This document shows, in pieces, positions 14,856 through 25,377 of a DNA stretch of 64,000 bases; the stretch's first letter is position 1; every line of letters begins with the position of its first letter. The position numbers and the translations under genes are program-made. Source of the stretch: Escherichia coli (GTDB lineage Bacteria > Pseudomonadota > Gammaproteobacteria > Enterobacterales > Enterobacteriaceae); the NCBI RefSeq assembly GCF_003334765.1, contig NZ_QOWT01000001.1; one strand, 5' to 3'. The notes beneath the pieces were generated by a model. The model was not told the origin of the DNA. It saw nothing but the letters and a program-made list of their open reading frames with translations, and did no database searches.

Positions 14856-15086
14856 TTATTTAAGTTTGGGCTCGTAAGGTAAACGTGACAGATTGACCGA
14901 AGCCAAACGGTGGGCAATAAGCCGCTCGCGAAACCAGCTGCGCAAATGTTCAGGCTGTTCACGTTCAACCGCTTCAGCGATCACCGGCATATTGTAGCGT
15001 TCTTTAAATGCCACCCCGGCCGCCGCCAAATCGACATTCACTTTATCCATTTCTGTTTGATCCAGTTTAGCCAGATTCTTCAGCAT
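14856..15086 (-). CDS. holE: DNA polymerase III theta subunit
   Basis: ORF-track frame 14856..15173; start placed at ATG 15084-15086 ([56 protein letters not shown]...) giving 76 aa. Confidence 0.88.
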
Positions 15087-15224
15087 TCTTAATCTCCTCA
15101 TCATTCGCGGGCAAAAGTTACTAAGAGTGAGCCAGGATGGCAAGCCGGAATTGATGATCCTCGACTCAGACATTAGACAAGGTTATGCTCTGTAAAAAAG
15201 TTATTACAAAAAGGAATAGATAAT

Positions 15225-15599
15225 ATGGCTTCAACTGCACGCTCCCTTCGCTACGCGCTGGCAATCCTGACCACTTCGTTGGTGACACCTTCCGTCTGGG
15301 CACATGCGCATTTAACGCATCAGTATCCTGCGGCAAACGCGCAAGTGACAGCTGCACCGCAGGCAATCACTTTAAACTTCTCGGAAGGTGTTGAAACAGG
15401 ATTCAGTGGTGCAAAAATCACGGGGCCAAAAAACGAAAATATTAAAACATTACCGGCGAAGCGAAATGAGCAGGACCAAAAGCAACTGATTGTTCCACTG
15501 GCCGATTCGCTGAAACCCGGAACCTACACCGTTGACTGGCATGTTGTTTCGGTGGACGGGCATAAAACGAAAGGACACTACACCTTTAGCGTGAAATAA
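15225..15599 (+). CDS. yobA: periplasmic copper-binding protein CopC-family (YobA)
   Basis: ORF 124 aa with signal peptide and HxH-containing CopC-like sequence (WAHAHLTHQYPAANAQV...). Confidence 0.88.
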   Translation: MASTARSLRYALAILTTSLVTPSVWAHAHLTHQYPAANAQVTAAPQAITLNFSEGVETGFSGAKITGPKNENIKTLPAKRNEQDQKQLIVPLADSLKPGTYTVDWHVVSVDGHKTKGHYTFSVK

Positions 15600-15602
15600 A
15601 TC

Positions 15603-16475
15603 ATGCTGGCGTTTACCTGGATCGCGCTGCGATTTATCCATTTCACCTCGCTGATGCTGGTTTTTGGCTTCGCAATGTACGGTGCCTGGCTGGCCCCCTT
15701 GACGATTCGTCGCTTGCTGGCGAAGCGTTTTCTGCGTTTACAACAGCACGCTGCCGTCTGGAGTTTGATCAGTGCCACTGCAATGCTCGCCGTTCAGGGC
15801 GGGTTGATGGGAACGGGATGGACAGATGTATTTTCGCCAAACATTTGGCAGGCTGTTTTGCAAACGCAGTTTGGTGGCATCTGGTTATGGCAAATTGTTC
15901 TCGCCCTCGTAACGTTGATCGTCGCCCTTATGCAACCGCGGAATATGCCACGTTTGCTGTTTATGCTCACTACCGCGCAATTTATTCTGCTGGCGGGAGT
16001 GGGGCATGCGACGCTGAATGAAGGGGTAACAGCGAAAATCCATCAGACTAATCACGCGATTCACCTGATTTGTGCGGCGGCGTGGTTTGGGGGATTACTG
16101 CCGGTGCTCTGGTGTATGCAACTCATCAAAGGCCGTTGGCGACACCAGGCTATTCAGGCGCTGATGCGTTTTTCCTGGTGCGGGCATTTTGCGGTGATCG
16201 GCGTACTGGCAAGCGGCGTGCTTAATGCATTGTTGATTACCGGATTTCCCCCCACGCTTACGACTTACTGGGGCCAACTCTTATTGCTCAAAGCCATCCT
16301 GGTGATGATTATGGTGGTCATTGCGCTGGCTAATCGTTATGTTCTTGTACCGCGCATGAGGCAGGATGAAGATCGTGCGGCACCCTGGTTTGTGTGGATG
16401 ACTAAACTCGAATGGGCGATAGGTGCGGTAGTGCTGGTGATCATCAGCCTGCTTGCGACTCTCGAACCTTTTTGA
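15603..16475 (+). CDS. yebZ: CopD-family inner-membrane protein (YebZ)
   Basis: ORF 290 aa, multi-pass hydrophobic, directly downstream of yobA (4-nt gap). Confidence 0.88.
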   Translation: MLAFTWIALRFIHFTSLMLVFGFAMYGAWLAPLTIRRLLAKRFLRLQQHAAVWSLISATAMLAVQGGLMGTGWTDVFSPNIWQAVLQTQFGGIWLWQIVLALVTLIVALMQPRNMPRLLFMLTTAQFILLAGVGHATLNEGVTAKIHQTNHAIHLICAAAWFGGLLPVLWCMQLIKGRWRHQAIQALMRFSWCGHFAVIGVLASGVLNALLITGFPPTLTTYWGQLLLLKAILVMIMVVIALANRYVLVPRMRQDEDRAAPWFVWMTKLEWAIGAVVLVIISLLATLEPF

Positions 16476-16487
16476 TGGATTACGAAA

Positions 16488-16829
16488 ATGATGAAAAAAA
16501 GTATTCTGGCGTTTCTGTTACTCACCAGTTCTGCAGCGGCGCTGGCTGCACCGCAGGTGATTACCGTCAGTCGTTTTGAAGTGGGTAAAGACAAATGGGC
16601 GTTTAATCGCGAAGAGGTGATGCTGACTTGCCGACCGGGTAATGCTTTGTATGTTATTAATCCGAGTACCCTCGTGCAGTATCCTTTAAACGATATCGCA
16701 CAAAAGGAAGTTGCCAGTGGGAAGACCAATGCCCAACCCATTTCGGTGATTCAGATTGATGATCCTAACAATCCCGGCGAAAAAATGAGTCTGGCACCGT
16801 TTATAGAACGAGCTGAAAAACTCTGTTAA
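16488..16829 (+). CDS. yebY: DUF2511 periplasmic protein YebY
   Basis: ORF 113 aa with signal peptide ([20 protein letters not shown]...), third gene of yobA-yebZ-yebY. Confidence 0.88.
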   Translation: MMKKSILAFLLLTSSAAALAAPQVITVSRFEVGKDKWAFNREEVMLTCRPGNALYVINPSTLVQYPLNDIAQKEVASGKTNAQPISVIQIDDPNNPGEKMSLAPFIERAEKLC

Positions 16830-16868
16830 TTACCTAAAATAGCCTTTTGATTTCCAATAAAAAAACCG

Positions 16869-16910
16869 CCTCAGTTCTTTCACCAGAACGGGCGGTTTTT
16901 AACATTTCAG
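16869..16910. terminator. bidirectional intrinsic terminator (yebY 3' end / RyeA 3' end)
   Basis: stem ccgcc...ggcgg flanked by A7 upstream and T5 downstream. Confidence 0.6.
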
Positions 16911-16973
16911 CTGATGACCACCACGCTTTTTATTGACCATTTTGCACGCAAACTGGAAAACCTGGCGTCGTCA

Positions 16974-16981
16974 TCTATTCT
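16974..16981 (+). promoter_or_regulatory. sigma-S type -10 element of sdsR
   Basis: CTATTCTT resembles the sigma-S extended -10 (CTATACT), about 7 nt upstream of the inferred SdsR 5' end. Confidence 0.45.
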
Positions 16982-16987
16982 TAAAGG

Positions 16988-17090
16988 GCAAGGCAACTAA
17001 GCCTGCATTAATGCCAACTTTTAGCGCACGGCTCTCTCCCAAGAGCCATTTCCCTGGACCGAATACAGGAATCGTGTTCGGTCTCTTTTT
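16988..17090 (+). ncRNA. sdsR: small RNA SdsR (RyeB)
   Basis: GCAAGGCAACUAAGCCUGCAUUAAUGCC...ACCGAAUACAGGAAUCGUGUUCGGUCUCUUUUU matches my recollection of SdsR, ending in an intrinsic terminator. Confidence 0.8.
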
Positions 17091-17224
17091 ATCTGTTAAA
17101 AGCCAGAAGCATTTCCTTCGCTGACTTTATAGTCAACCATAACACACACTCTACTGTCTGAGTCCAGCGTTTTTTAACATTCTTGTTAAGATTATGTGAT
17201 CTTTAGCGCGGGAGGAAAATATTG

Positions 17225-17881
17225 ATGAAACAGCCTGCGCCCGTTTATCAGAGAATTGCGGGTCATCAATGGCGACATATCTGGCTTTCTGGCGATATAC
17301 ACGGTTGTCTTGAGCAGTTGCGCCGCAAATTATGGCATTGTCGTTTTGATCCGTGGCGAGATTTACTTATCTCAGTGGGAGACGTTATCGATCGTGGGCC
17401 GCAAAGTTTACGTTGTCTGCAGTTACTGGAACAACATTGGGTTTGTGCGGTAAGAGGCAATCATGAACAGATGGCGATGGATGCGCTGGCATCCCAGCAG
17501 ATGTCTTTGTGGTTGATGAATGGCGGCGACTGGTTTATTGCGCTGGCAGATAATCAACAGAAACAAGCGAAAACGGCGCTGGAAAAATGTCAGCATTTGC
17601 CCTTTATTCTTGAAGTACACAGTCGCACCGGCAAGCATGTTATTGCTCATGCCGATTATCCAGATGATGTTTATGAATGGCAAAAGGACGTTGATTTGCA
17701 TCAGGTCTTGTGGAGCCGCTCGCGATTAGGTGAACGCCAAAAAGGGCAGGGAATTACAGGTGCTGATCATTTCTGGTTTGGTCATACACCGTTGCGACAT
17801 CGCGTGGATATTGGCAACCTGCATTATATTGATACCGGTGCTGTCTTTGGGGGCGAACTGACTCTTGTGCAATTGCAATAA
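17225..17881 (+). CDS. pphA: serine/threonine protein phosphatase 1 (PrpA)
   Basis: ORF-track from TTG 17222; ATG at 17225 (MKQPAPVYQRIAGHQWRHIWLSGDIHGC...) gives 218 aa; metallophosphoesterase GDxHG and GNHE motifs. Confidence 0.9.
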   Translation: MKQPAPVYQRIAGHQWRHIWLSGDIHGCLEQLRRKLWHCRFDPWRDLLISVGDVIDRGPQSLRCLQLLEQHWVCAVRGNHEQMAMDALASQQMSLWLMNGGDWFIALADNQQKQAKTALEKCQHLPFILEVHSRTGKHVIAHADYPDDVYEWQKDVDLHQVLWSRSRLGERQKGQGITGADHFWFGHTPLRHRVDIGNLHYIDTGAVFGGELTLVQLQ

Positions 17882-18073
17882 TTAAAAATCACCGTACTCC
17901 TGTGCAGGTCGCCAGAAACCATCTATAAAATCCTCAATCGGAAAACAACCGCCCTGGCGGATCCGTTGATCGCTCATAGAATAAAGACACTGCTGTTCCG
18001 TGTTGTAGACATCCACAACAATATCTTCACAACCGCCATCCAGGTAGCAAACAAAAAGTACCAGCGCGAACAT
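17882..18073 (-). CDS. yebW: small protein YebW
   Basis: ORF-track frame 17882..18157; start placed at ATG 18071-18073 (MFALVLFVCYLDGG...) giving 63 aa; stop codon abuts pphA stop. Confidence 0.7.
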   Translation of the reverse strand: MFALVLFVCYLDGGCEDIVVDVYNTEQQCLYSMSDQRIRQGGCFPIEDFIDGFWRPAQEYGDF

Positions 18074-18177
18074 TTCATCCCCGAAGTGTGGTGCCGTACC
18101 GTTAAGTTTAGGAGAGATTTTACAACGGGGGAATAACCAGGACAAATAACCCGCCATGCCGACGGGTTCTTTTTGGA

Positions 18178-18414
18178 TCAGGCAAGACGCATAATCCAGG
18201 CATCAGATTGTTGATCGTAACGGGTACGGTAAAGGACAGAGTGTTCGCCATTTAGCAGGGCAGGGATACTGGTTTCAGCATCCCAGGCATCCAGTTGCAT
18301 ACATAAATCGGGGTCAGATTTACAAGGAATGGTTAACGTTCGATCACCTGGCGATTCACCGTGTAATTCGCCGTCGTCGATTTCAAAAGCGCCTATGCGC
18401 ACACTGGTTTTCAT
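18178..18414 (-). CDS. yebV: small protein YebV
   Basis: ORF-track frame 18178..18429; start placed at ATG 18412-18414 (MKTSVRIGAFEIDDGELHGE...) giving 78 aa. Confidence 0.8.
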   Translation of the reverse strand: MKTSVRIGAFEIDDGELHGESPGDRTLTIPCKSDPDLCMQLDAWDAETSIPALLNGEHSVLYRTRYDQQSDAWIMRLA

Positions 18415-18531
18415 CTTCGTGCTCTCCATTTAGCTGCCGATTGTGGTACGACCAGTCCGATCGCACCATTTTTCAGCCTAGTTGAGGCAGCCGAATGTGC
18501 CAGTCAAAAAGTGCGCTTTTTTTGTGCGCTG

Positions 18532-19971
18532 TCAGGCGTTACCGGTAAAAAGTTTCCCATCGCGCACCAGTTCACGCGGATAGCTGTTTTTCAATCGCGA
18601 ACCAATCCGTTTGGCTAAACCAATCGGTTGATGCTGGAAAGTAACCAATACATCATCCGCCACTGGCGCGGCTTGCGGGTAAACATCGCGCCCGCGATAC
18701 CACTCCTCCGCTTCCTGCGGTGTCAGCTCGAATGCATTCATATTATCGGGTGAGGCAAGAGCAATAACCGCTTCATGCTGCCAGCGATAACCTTTGTTGT
18801 GCGTCTCGGCAAGTTTAATCCCCAACCGAGAAAATCGGACTTTACCGATCAGGGCTTCAATGCCCACCGGGAACAACCACAGTTCTTTGTCACGCTGCCA
18901 GAGGCGCAGGTTTTCATCCCAGTTTAAGCCAACACCTGTAGCCGCCTGACGAATTTGTCCAGCTTCGCGATCTTTCACCGGGCTGAACGGAAAATTACCG
19001 ACTTTGTATTTGGGGGCGGGTAAGGCGGGAATCGCCTGAGTTTTACGCAGACGAGCAACGAAGAAGCCTTCGCAGTCGTAAATTTGTGGGAAAACATGCA
19101 AAAAGCCTTCTTCGGTCAGCGCTTTGTTTGCACCAGGGAAGAGATCGCCAAGTGGTAAAAACTCTACTGCGTCGGGGTAAGTCTCTTTCAGCCACAGGCA
19201 AACGGCTTCGTTTTCTTCCTGGTTTAAGGTACAGGTCGAGTAAACCAGCGTACCACCAGGACGTAATGCATGAAAGGCGCTGTCGATAAGCTCCCGTTGT
19301 GTAGCTGCGATTTCCTGATTGCTTTCTGGTGACCAGTTTTTTAGCGCATCGGGATCTTTACGCACCACGCCTTCGCCAGAGCAGGGAGCGTCCAGCAAAA
19401 TGGCATCGAACATTTCTGGCACTGCCGCACCAAACACGCGGCCATCAAAATGTGTGAGCGCAACATTACTGATACCACAGCGGCTGATATTGGCATGTAA
19501 CACTTTTACCCGACTGGCGGAAAACTCATTGGCAAGGATTGCCCCTTCGTTATTCATCCGCGCGGAAATTTGCGTCGTTTTGGAGCCAGGCGCGGCAGCG
19601 ACATCCATCACCCGCTGTGGTGCATTACCGTCAGCAAACAAGGCGGCAACAGGCAACATTGAACTGGCTTCCTGAATATAAAACAGGCCACTTAAATGCT
19701 CGGCGGTACTACCCAATGGCAATGCATCTTCATTGTCGCGTTCAATCCAGAAACCTTCTTCACACCACGGAATTGGCGTAAGCGTCCAGCCATAAGGAGC
19801 GGTTAATTGCAGGAAATCAGCAACGGAGATTTTCAGCGTATTAACGCGAATGCTGCGGCGCAACGGGCGCTGACAGGCGGCAAGAAAATCATCAAATGAG
19901 AGCGTCGAAGGCATCGCTTCGCGCATTTGTGTCAGAAAGGCGTCCGGGAAATAAACGGTGTGTTGGGCCAC
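18532..19971 (-). CDS. rsmF: 16S rRNA m5C1407 methyltransferase
   Basis: ORF-track 18532..19977 (481 aa); annotated-length 479 aa would start at GTG 19969-19971 ([12 protein letters not shown]...); NOL1/NOP2/Sun family. Confidence 0.88.
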
Positions 19972-20050
19972 GAGCATGTACCACTGGCAAAAAAACAGGC
20001 GCGCAGTTTAGCATAAACGCTCCGGCGCAGGCACGCCGGAGCAGTGGGCA

Positions 20051-22684
20051 TTATTTGGGAAGCGCAGTTCCCCATTCACGCCACTCTTTCGGTTCACTTT
20101 CCTGCAACAGGAAGTGTTTGCCTTCCTGGGCTTTCGGTGCCAGTGGCGTACCCGGAGGCGTGGCGAAGGCGATGCCGCCACGGATAAACTGGTTAAAGGT
20201 GCCGGTTTTCACTACGCCGCCCGTCAGACCAAAGTCCAGACTGTAACCCGATGCCAACCAGAAGACGGAATTGTTACGCACCAGGTGTTGATAGCGTTTA
20301 CTGATGCGCATCGCAATCATCACGCGATCTGACAATGTCCCCAGCGTCATTCCTGTAACCGTACCGACTTCCAGACCACGGAACAGCACAGGCGTACCGA
20401 TGCCTAACGAACCGGCTTCCGGCGCTTCAACAATAATGCTTAAGCCATCCAGGTAACGCGAATCAGTAATGGTGGCCTCTTGTAATTCAAAGTCGCGGCG
20501 AGGATTGCCCCGGCCTGGTTCGACGTTGATATACGGCTGGAGGATAGTATCAAGATGCTCAACGCCAGCTGCCGAAATTTGCGGTGTGACCACTGAGAAG
20601 CGCGTACCACCGCGAGCAAAGGTCTGGACATATTCCGGGTAAAGTACCGCCTTTGCCTGTACTTCATTGCGTGCGGTAATCAGATCCAGCGTCTGGATTT
20701 GCCCGATATCAATACCGAGATAGCGAATTGGCATCCCGACCGCCAGTTTTCCGGCATCGAAAGCGTGAAGCGTAATCTGCCCGCCAACCGCACGGGCCGC
20801 TGTTTCGGAAGCATACAGAATACGCTTATCGCCTTTACGCTGACTGGCGCTGGCACCGCTGAGGTTGTCGAAGCTAATGGCTCCCTTTAATGCTCTGGAG
20901 AGCGGGGATGCCTGTACGGTCAGACCACTACCATTCAGCTGAACTTTCGCCCCGCCTTCTGCCCAGAACACGCTATTGCTGGTCAGAAGGTTGCGATACT
21001 CCGGCTTAATATGCAGATCGATATCAAACGCGTTAGCTCGCGGACGCACGGTAATCACTTCACCAACTTCAAATTTACGGTACAGCACTACCGATCCTGC
21101 CTGCACATCCGGCAGCGTCTCTGCACTCAAACTCACGGTTGTGGTGGGTAAATCGCTAAGGCTGTTCTCCAGCGCTTTTTCCAAATTGGCATACAGTGGA
21201 TAGCTGGCTTTCATCTCACCTTTATCGCCCGGCAGAATACGTATCCCGCCATTGATCCATTCTGAGGCGCTGGCACCGAGAAACTCAACGCCATCCAGCC
21301 CCACCTTCACATCGACACGGCTGTTGACGACAAATTTGCTATCGCCTTTTACCAGTTCGCGATGCTGAGGCTCGATGGCGACGGTAAAGGTGACGCCTTT
21401 GCTGGTGAGTTTACGATCGATAACCTGGCCTACCTGCACGCCGTGAAGAATGAGCGGCTGACCCGCATCAATACCGTAACTTTCCGGCGCGGTCAGGGTC
21501 AGCGTCAGAACATCAGGTTCATGCAGCAGTGCTTTTTCGCCTGGCACAACAACGAACTCTTTGCGTGGCTCGCCATCGCCGGGCACCAGCTCGAAGGTTT
21601 TGCCGGTCAGCAGGGCGCTGAGATTAGCATCGCTAAGGGATAATTTCGGGTTGCGTAATTCGATGCGGGTATTTTCACGAAGCAGGGTAACGACGCTGGG
21701 ATCAACGGTCATTTCCCCTGTGACTTTACCACCAGGATTTAAATCCAGTTTAGTCAGCTGTCCGACTTCCAGCCCCTGATACATTAACGGCGTCGAGTCG
21801 GCGGTTAATCCGGCCCCACTCGGCAGTTCCAGTTTTATTATTACGCCACGCTGGCTGTGGGCCAGATCTTCATACAGACCAAAGGTATCTTCCGCCTCGG
21901 CAGGTTTCGACTCTTCTGGTGAATCGAAGGCAATCGCACCGTTAACCAGTGCCGCCAGGCTTTCCAGTTTCACCTTCGCGCCACTGATACTGACGTTGGC
22001 ATCAACGCCGGAAACGTTCCAGAAACGGCTACCTTTTTTCACCAGATCGGTAAAACGCCGCTCGATCAGGACATCAATCACCACGCCTTGCTTGTTGGGA
22101 TTGATGGCATAGTCGTAGACTTTTCCCACCGGGATCTTGCGGAAATAGACCAATGAACCGCTGTTCAGCGAACCGAGATCGGGGGCTTGCAGGTGGATCA
22201 TCAGATCGCCATTGTCCAGCCGATATTTCGGTTGGGTATCGAGTGCGACAAAGTGATCCTGCTCTTTACCTTTACCCGGCATCATGCCGATATAGTTCCC
22301 ACCGACGAGGGCGTCCAGCCCGGAGACACCTGCCAACGATGCTTTTGGCGTCACCAGCCAGAACTGAGTCTCTTCGCGCAGCGCATCTTTCATATCGGAC
22401 TTGATGCTGACCTTGACTTCAATCTTACGAAGATCGTCGCTGAGGCTGATATCCTGCACTGTTCCGACTTCAACGCCCTGATAACGAACAGGCGTACGGC
22501 CTGGAACAATACCATCCGCCGACATAAAGTCGATGGTGACGGTATTACCCCGGTCCTGATAACTGTCCCAAATCAGCCAACTGGCAATCATTAGCGCGAT
22601 GAACGGCAGCAGCCAGAAAGGTGAGATACGGCGTTTATTTTTAATCTGCGCTTCAGTCGTCGAAGCGGGCGTTTCCTGACTCAT
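20051..22684 (-). CDS. letB: MCE-domain lipophilic envelope-spanning tunnel protein LetB (YebT)
   Basis: ORF-track frame 20051..22726; start placed at ATG 22682-22684 ([28 protein letters not shown]...) giving 877 aa with multiple tandem MCE-like repeats. Confidence 0.9.
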
Positions 22685-23936
22685 GTGCATCCCAAAGTAA
22701 GCGGCTGTCCAGCCATTCCACAGCAAGAATAGTCAAAATTACCGCTGCGCCGAAATAAAACGCAGCCGGTCCCATAGTAAAAGCGAGGATCTGATCGCGA
22801 TTAATCAGCGACATGGTTAAAGATATGACAAACAGGTCGAGCATCGACCAGCGACCAATCCAGGTCACCATCCGCAGTAACAGAATGCGTGTGCGTAAAC
22901 CTTGCTGGCATTTAAAATGAATGCTCAACAGTAAAGTGAACATGACGATCACTTTAGTAAACGGTACCAGAATACTGGCGATAAACACGATTCCTGCAAC
23001 CGCAATGTTGCTACTTGCCAGCGACATAATTCCGGAAAGAATTGTATCTTCCTGCCGTCCTCCGTTCAGATAAATGATAGAAATAGGCAACAGGTTGGCA
23101 GGTAACAATAAAACGATTGACGCTAACAGCGCCGCCCAGCATTTTTGCAGACTATGACGGCGACGCAGGCGTAGCGGGATATGGCAACGCGGGCAGCGAC
23201 CACGCTGATCTGGATAGCCGGTAAAATGGCACCCAAGACAGACACGAAGTTTCTCGTCCCTACGCGTAGCGGGGCGCTGCGGATAAAATCGCTCCCACAG
23301 TTCTTCGACATTAAGATGTGACAACGTCACCGTCGTTAAAATCACCAACGCCACAAAAGAGAACAAGCCGACACCAGCCTGGATATGGGCATAATCCTGT
23401 ACCTTTATAGAAGCAACGCCAATGCCGACCAGGTAGATATCGAGCATTACCCACTCTTTAAGTCGCTCAAGCATCAGCAGTACCGGACGTAAATTCATTC
23501 CCAGTCGGTTACCAAACCATAAATAAGCTATGGAGGTCACCAGAATGAGCGGGGCACCAATAACGCAGAAAAAGACCATCGACCCCGTTATCGCATCGCC
23601 CTGTTTGGTCATTTGCCAGATGCCTTGCATAACGTTGGCGTCAATACGAATGCCTAACAGCCAGATATGCAACAGCGGTTCGCCCCAGGCAAACGGCATA
23701 AGCAACAGCATGGTGAAGGCCATTGCCGCCAGGCGCGTTAGCGACCAGTCGCGCCCGTCACGAATTTTTGCCTGACAGCGCGGACAATAGGCACTTTGAT
23801 GAGAATTTATCTCGGGCAGGCTAAACAGCATGTCACATTGCGGGCAACGTTGGTAATCACCACGCGGCAGTTCCTCGCCGATTGCCCTCACTGTTATCTT
23901 TTTTGTCGGCGTAATTTGTGGTGTGTTAAGAGCCAT
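22653..23936 (-). CDS. letA: PqiA-family inner-membrane protein LetA (YebS)
   Basis: ORF 427 aa with CxxC zinc-ribbon pairs and multi-pass membrane segments; overlaps letB start by 32 nt. Confidence 0.9.
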
Positions 23937-24065
23937 GACGTGCCAAATGTAATAAGAATTAACATTAATCTTAACCCATGATGGGAATGATCTTGAGCAT
24001 TAACGCATTTAATGCTTATTTTAATAGGCTGGCAGATCCAGGTAAGACAACCAAGTGATTATATA

Positions 24066-24563
24066 ATGAACAAAACAGAATTTTACGCGGATTTAAATCG
24101 CGACTTTAACGCGCTGATGGCGGGAGAAACCAGTTTTCTGGCAACGCTTGCGAACACCAGTGCGTTGTTATATGAGCGTCTCACTGACATAAACTGGGCA
24201 GGTTTTTATTTGCTTGAGGACGATACACTGGTACTCGGACCATTTCAGGGCAAAATTGCCTGTGTCCGGATACCCGTCGGGCGCGGCGTGTGCGGCACTG
24301 CGGTTGCCCGCAATCAAGTGCAGCGTATCGAGGATGTTCATGTGTTTGACGGGCATATTGCCTGTGATGCGGCGAGTAATTCTGAAATTGTTCTGCCGCT
24401 GGTGGTGAAAAATCAGATTATTGGTGTTCTCGACATCGATAGTACCGTCTTCGGTCGCTTTACAGACGAGGACGAGCAAGGCTTACGTCAGCTTGTGGCA
24501 CAGCTTGAAAAAGTGCTTGCAACGACGGATTACAAAAAATTCTTTGCGAGCGTCGCAGGATAA
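24066..24563 (+). CDS. msrC: free methionine-(R)-sulfoxide reductase (GAF domain)
   Basis: ORF-track frame from 24012; start placed at ATG 24066 (MNKTEFYADLNRDFNALMAGE...) giving 165 aa. Confidence 0.85.
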   Translation: MNKTEFYADLNRDFNALMAGETSFLATLANTSALLYERLTDINWAGFYLLEDDTLVLGPFQGKIACVRIPVGRGVCGTAVARNQVQRIEDVHVFDGHIACDAASNSEIVLPLVVKNQIIGVLDIDSTVFGRFTDEDEQGLRQLVAQLEKVLATTDYKKFFASVAG

Positions 24564-24659
24564 TCAACGGATAACGTAGCATTTACTGATAGCGTCATTA
24601 TAATGACGCCTGTTCATGCCTGCGCTTGTTGGCTACGTCCGTTGTAATCAGGAAATTTC

Positions 24660-25358
24660 ATGGAAAATCAACCTAAGTTGAATAGCAGTAAAGAAGTAAT
24701 CGCGTTTCTGGCCGAACGTTTTCCCCACTGTTTCAGTGCGGAAGGTGAAGCGCGTCCGCTGAAAATCGGTATTTTTCAGGATTTGGTCGATCGTGTTGCT
24801 GGGGAAATGAACCTGAGCAAAACGCAATTGCGATCCGCTTTACGTCTCTACACTTCGAGCTGGCGTTATCTTTACGGTGTTAAACCCGGCGCAACGCGTG
24901 TCGATCTTGACGGCAACCCATGCGGTGAGCTGGACGAGCAACATGTAGAGCATGCTCGCAAGCAGCTTGAAGAAGCGAAAGCGCGTGTTCAGGCACAGCG
25001 TGCTGAACAGCAAGCGAAAAAACGCGAAGCTGCCGCAACTGCTGGTGAGAAAGAAGACGCACCGCGCCGCGAACGCAAGCCACGTCCGACTACGCCACGC
25101 CGCAAAGAAGGCGCTGAACGTAAACCTCGTGCGCAAAAGCCGGTAGAGAAAGCGCCAAAAACAGTAAAAGCACCTCGCGAAGAACAGCACACCCCGGTTT
25201 CTGACATTTCAGCTCTGACTGTCGGACAAGCCCTGAAGGTGAAAGCGGGTCAAAACGCGATGGATGCCACCGTATTAGAAATCACCAAAGACGGCGTCCG
25301 CGTCCAGCTGAATTCGGGTATGTCTTTGATTGTGCGCGCAGAACACCTGGTGTTCTGA
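24660..25358 (+). CDS. proQ: RNA chaperone ProQ
   Basis: ORF 232 aa ([43 protein letters not shown]...), FinO-like N-domain with basic linker. Confidence 0.93.
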
Positions 25359-25377
25359 AACGGAGGCCGGGCCAGGC

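Larger units (their letters stand above)
16868..17160 (-). ncRNA. ryeA: small RNA RyeA (SraC), antisense to SdsR; ends approximate
   Basis: known antisense partner fully overlapping sdsR; 3' end assigned to the minus-strand terminator at 16869-16910, 5' end inferred only. Confidence 0.45.

Noticed and set aside
18490-18531. Possible terminator between yebV and rsmF (gtgcgcTTTTTTTgtgcgc).
   Set aside because: The GC segments are a direct repeat, not an inverted one, so no stable hairpin forms.
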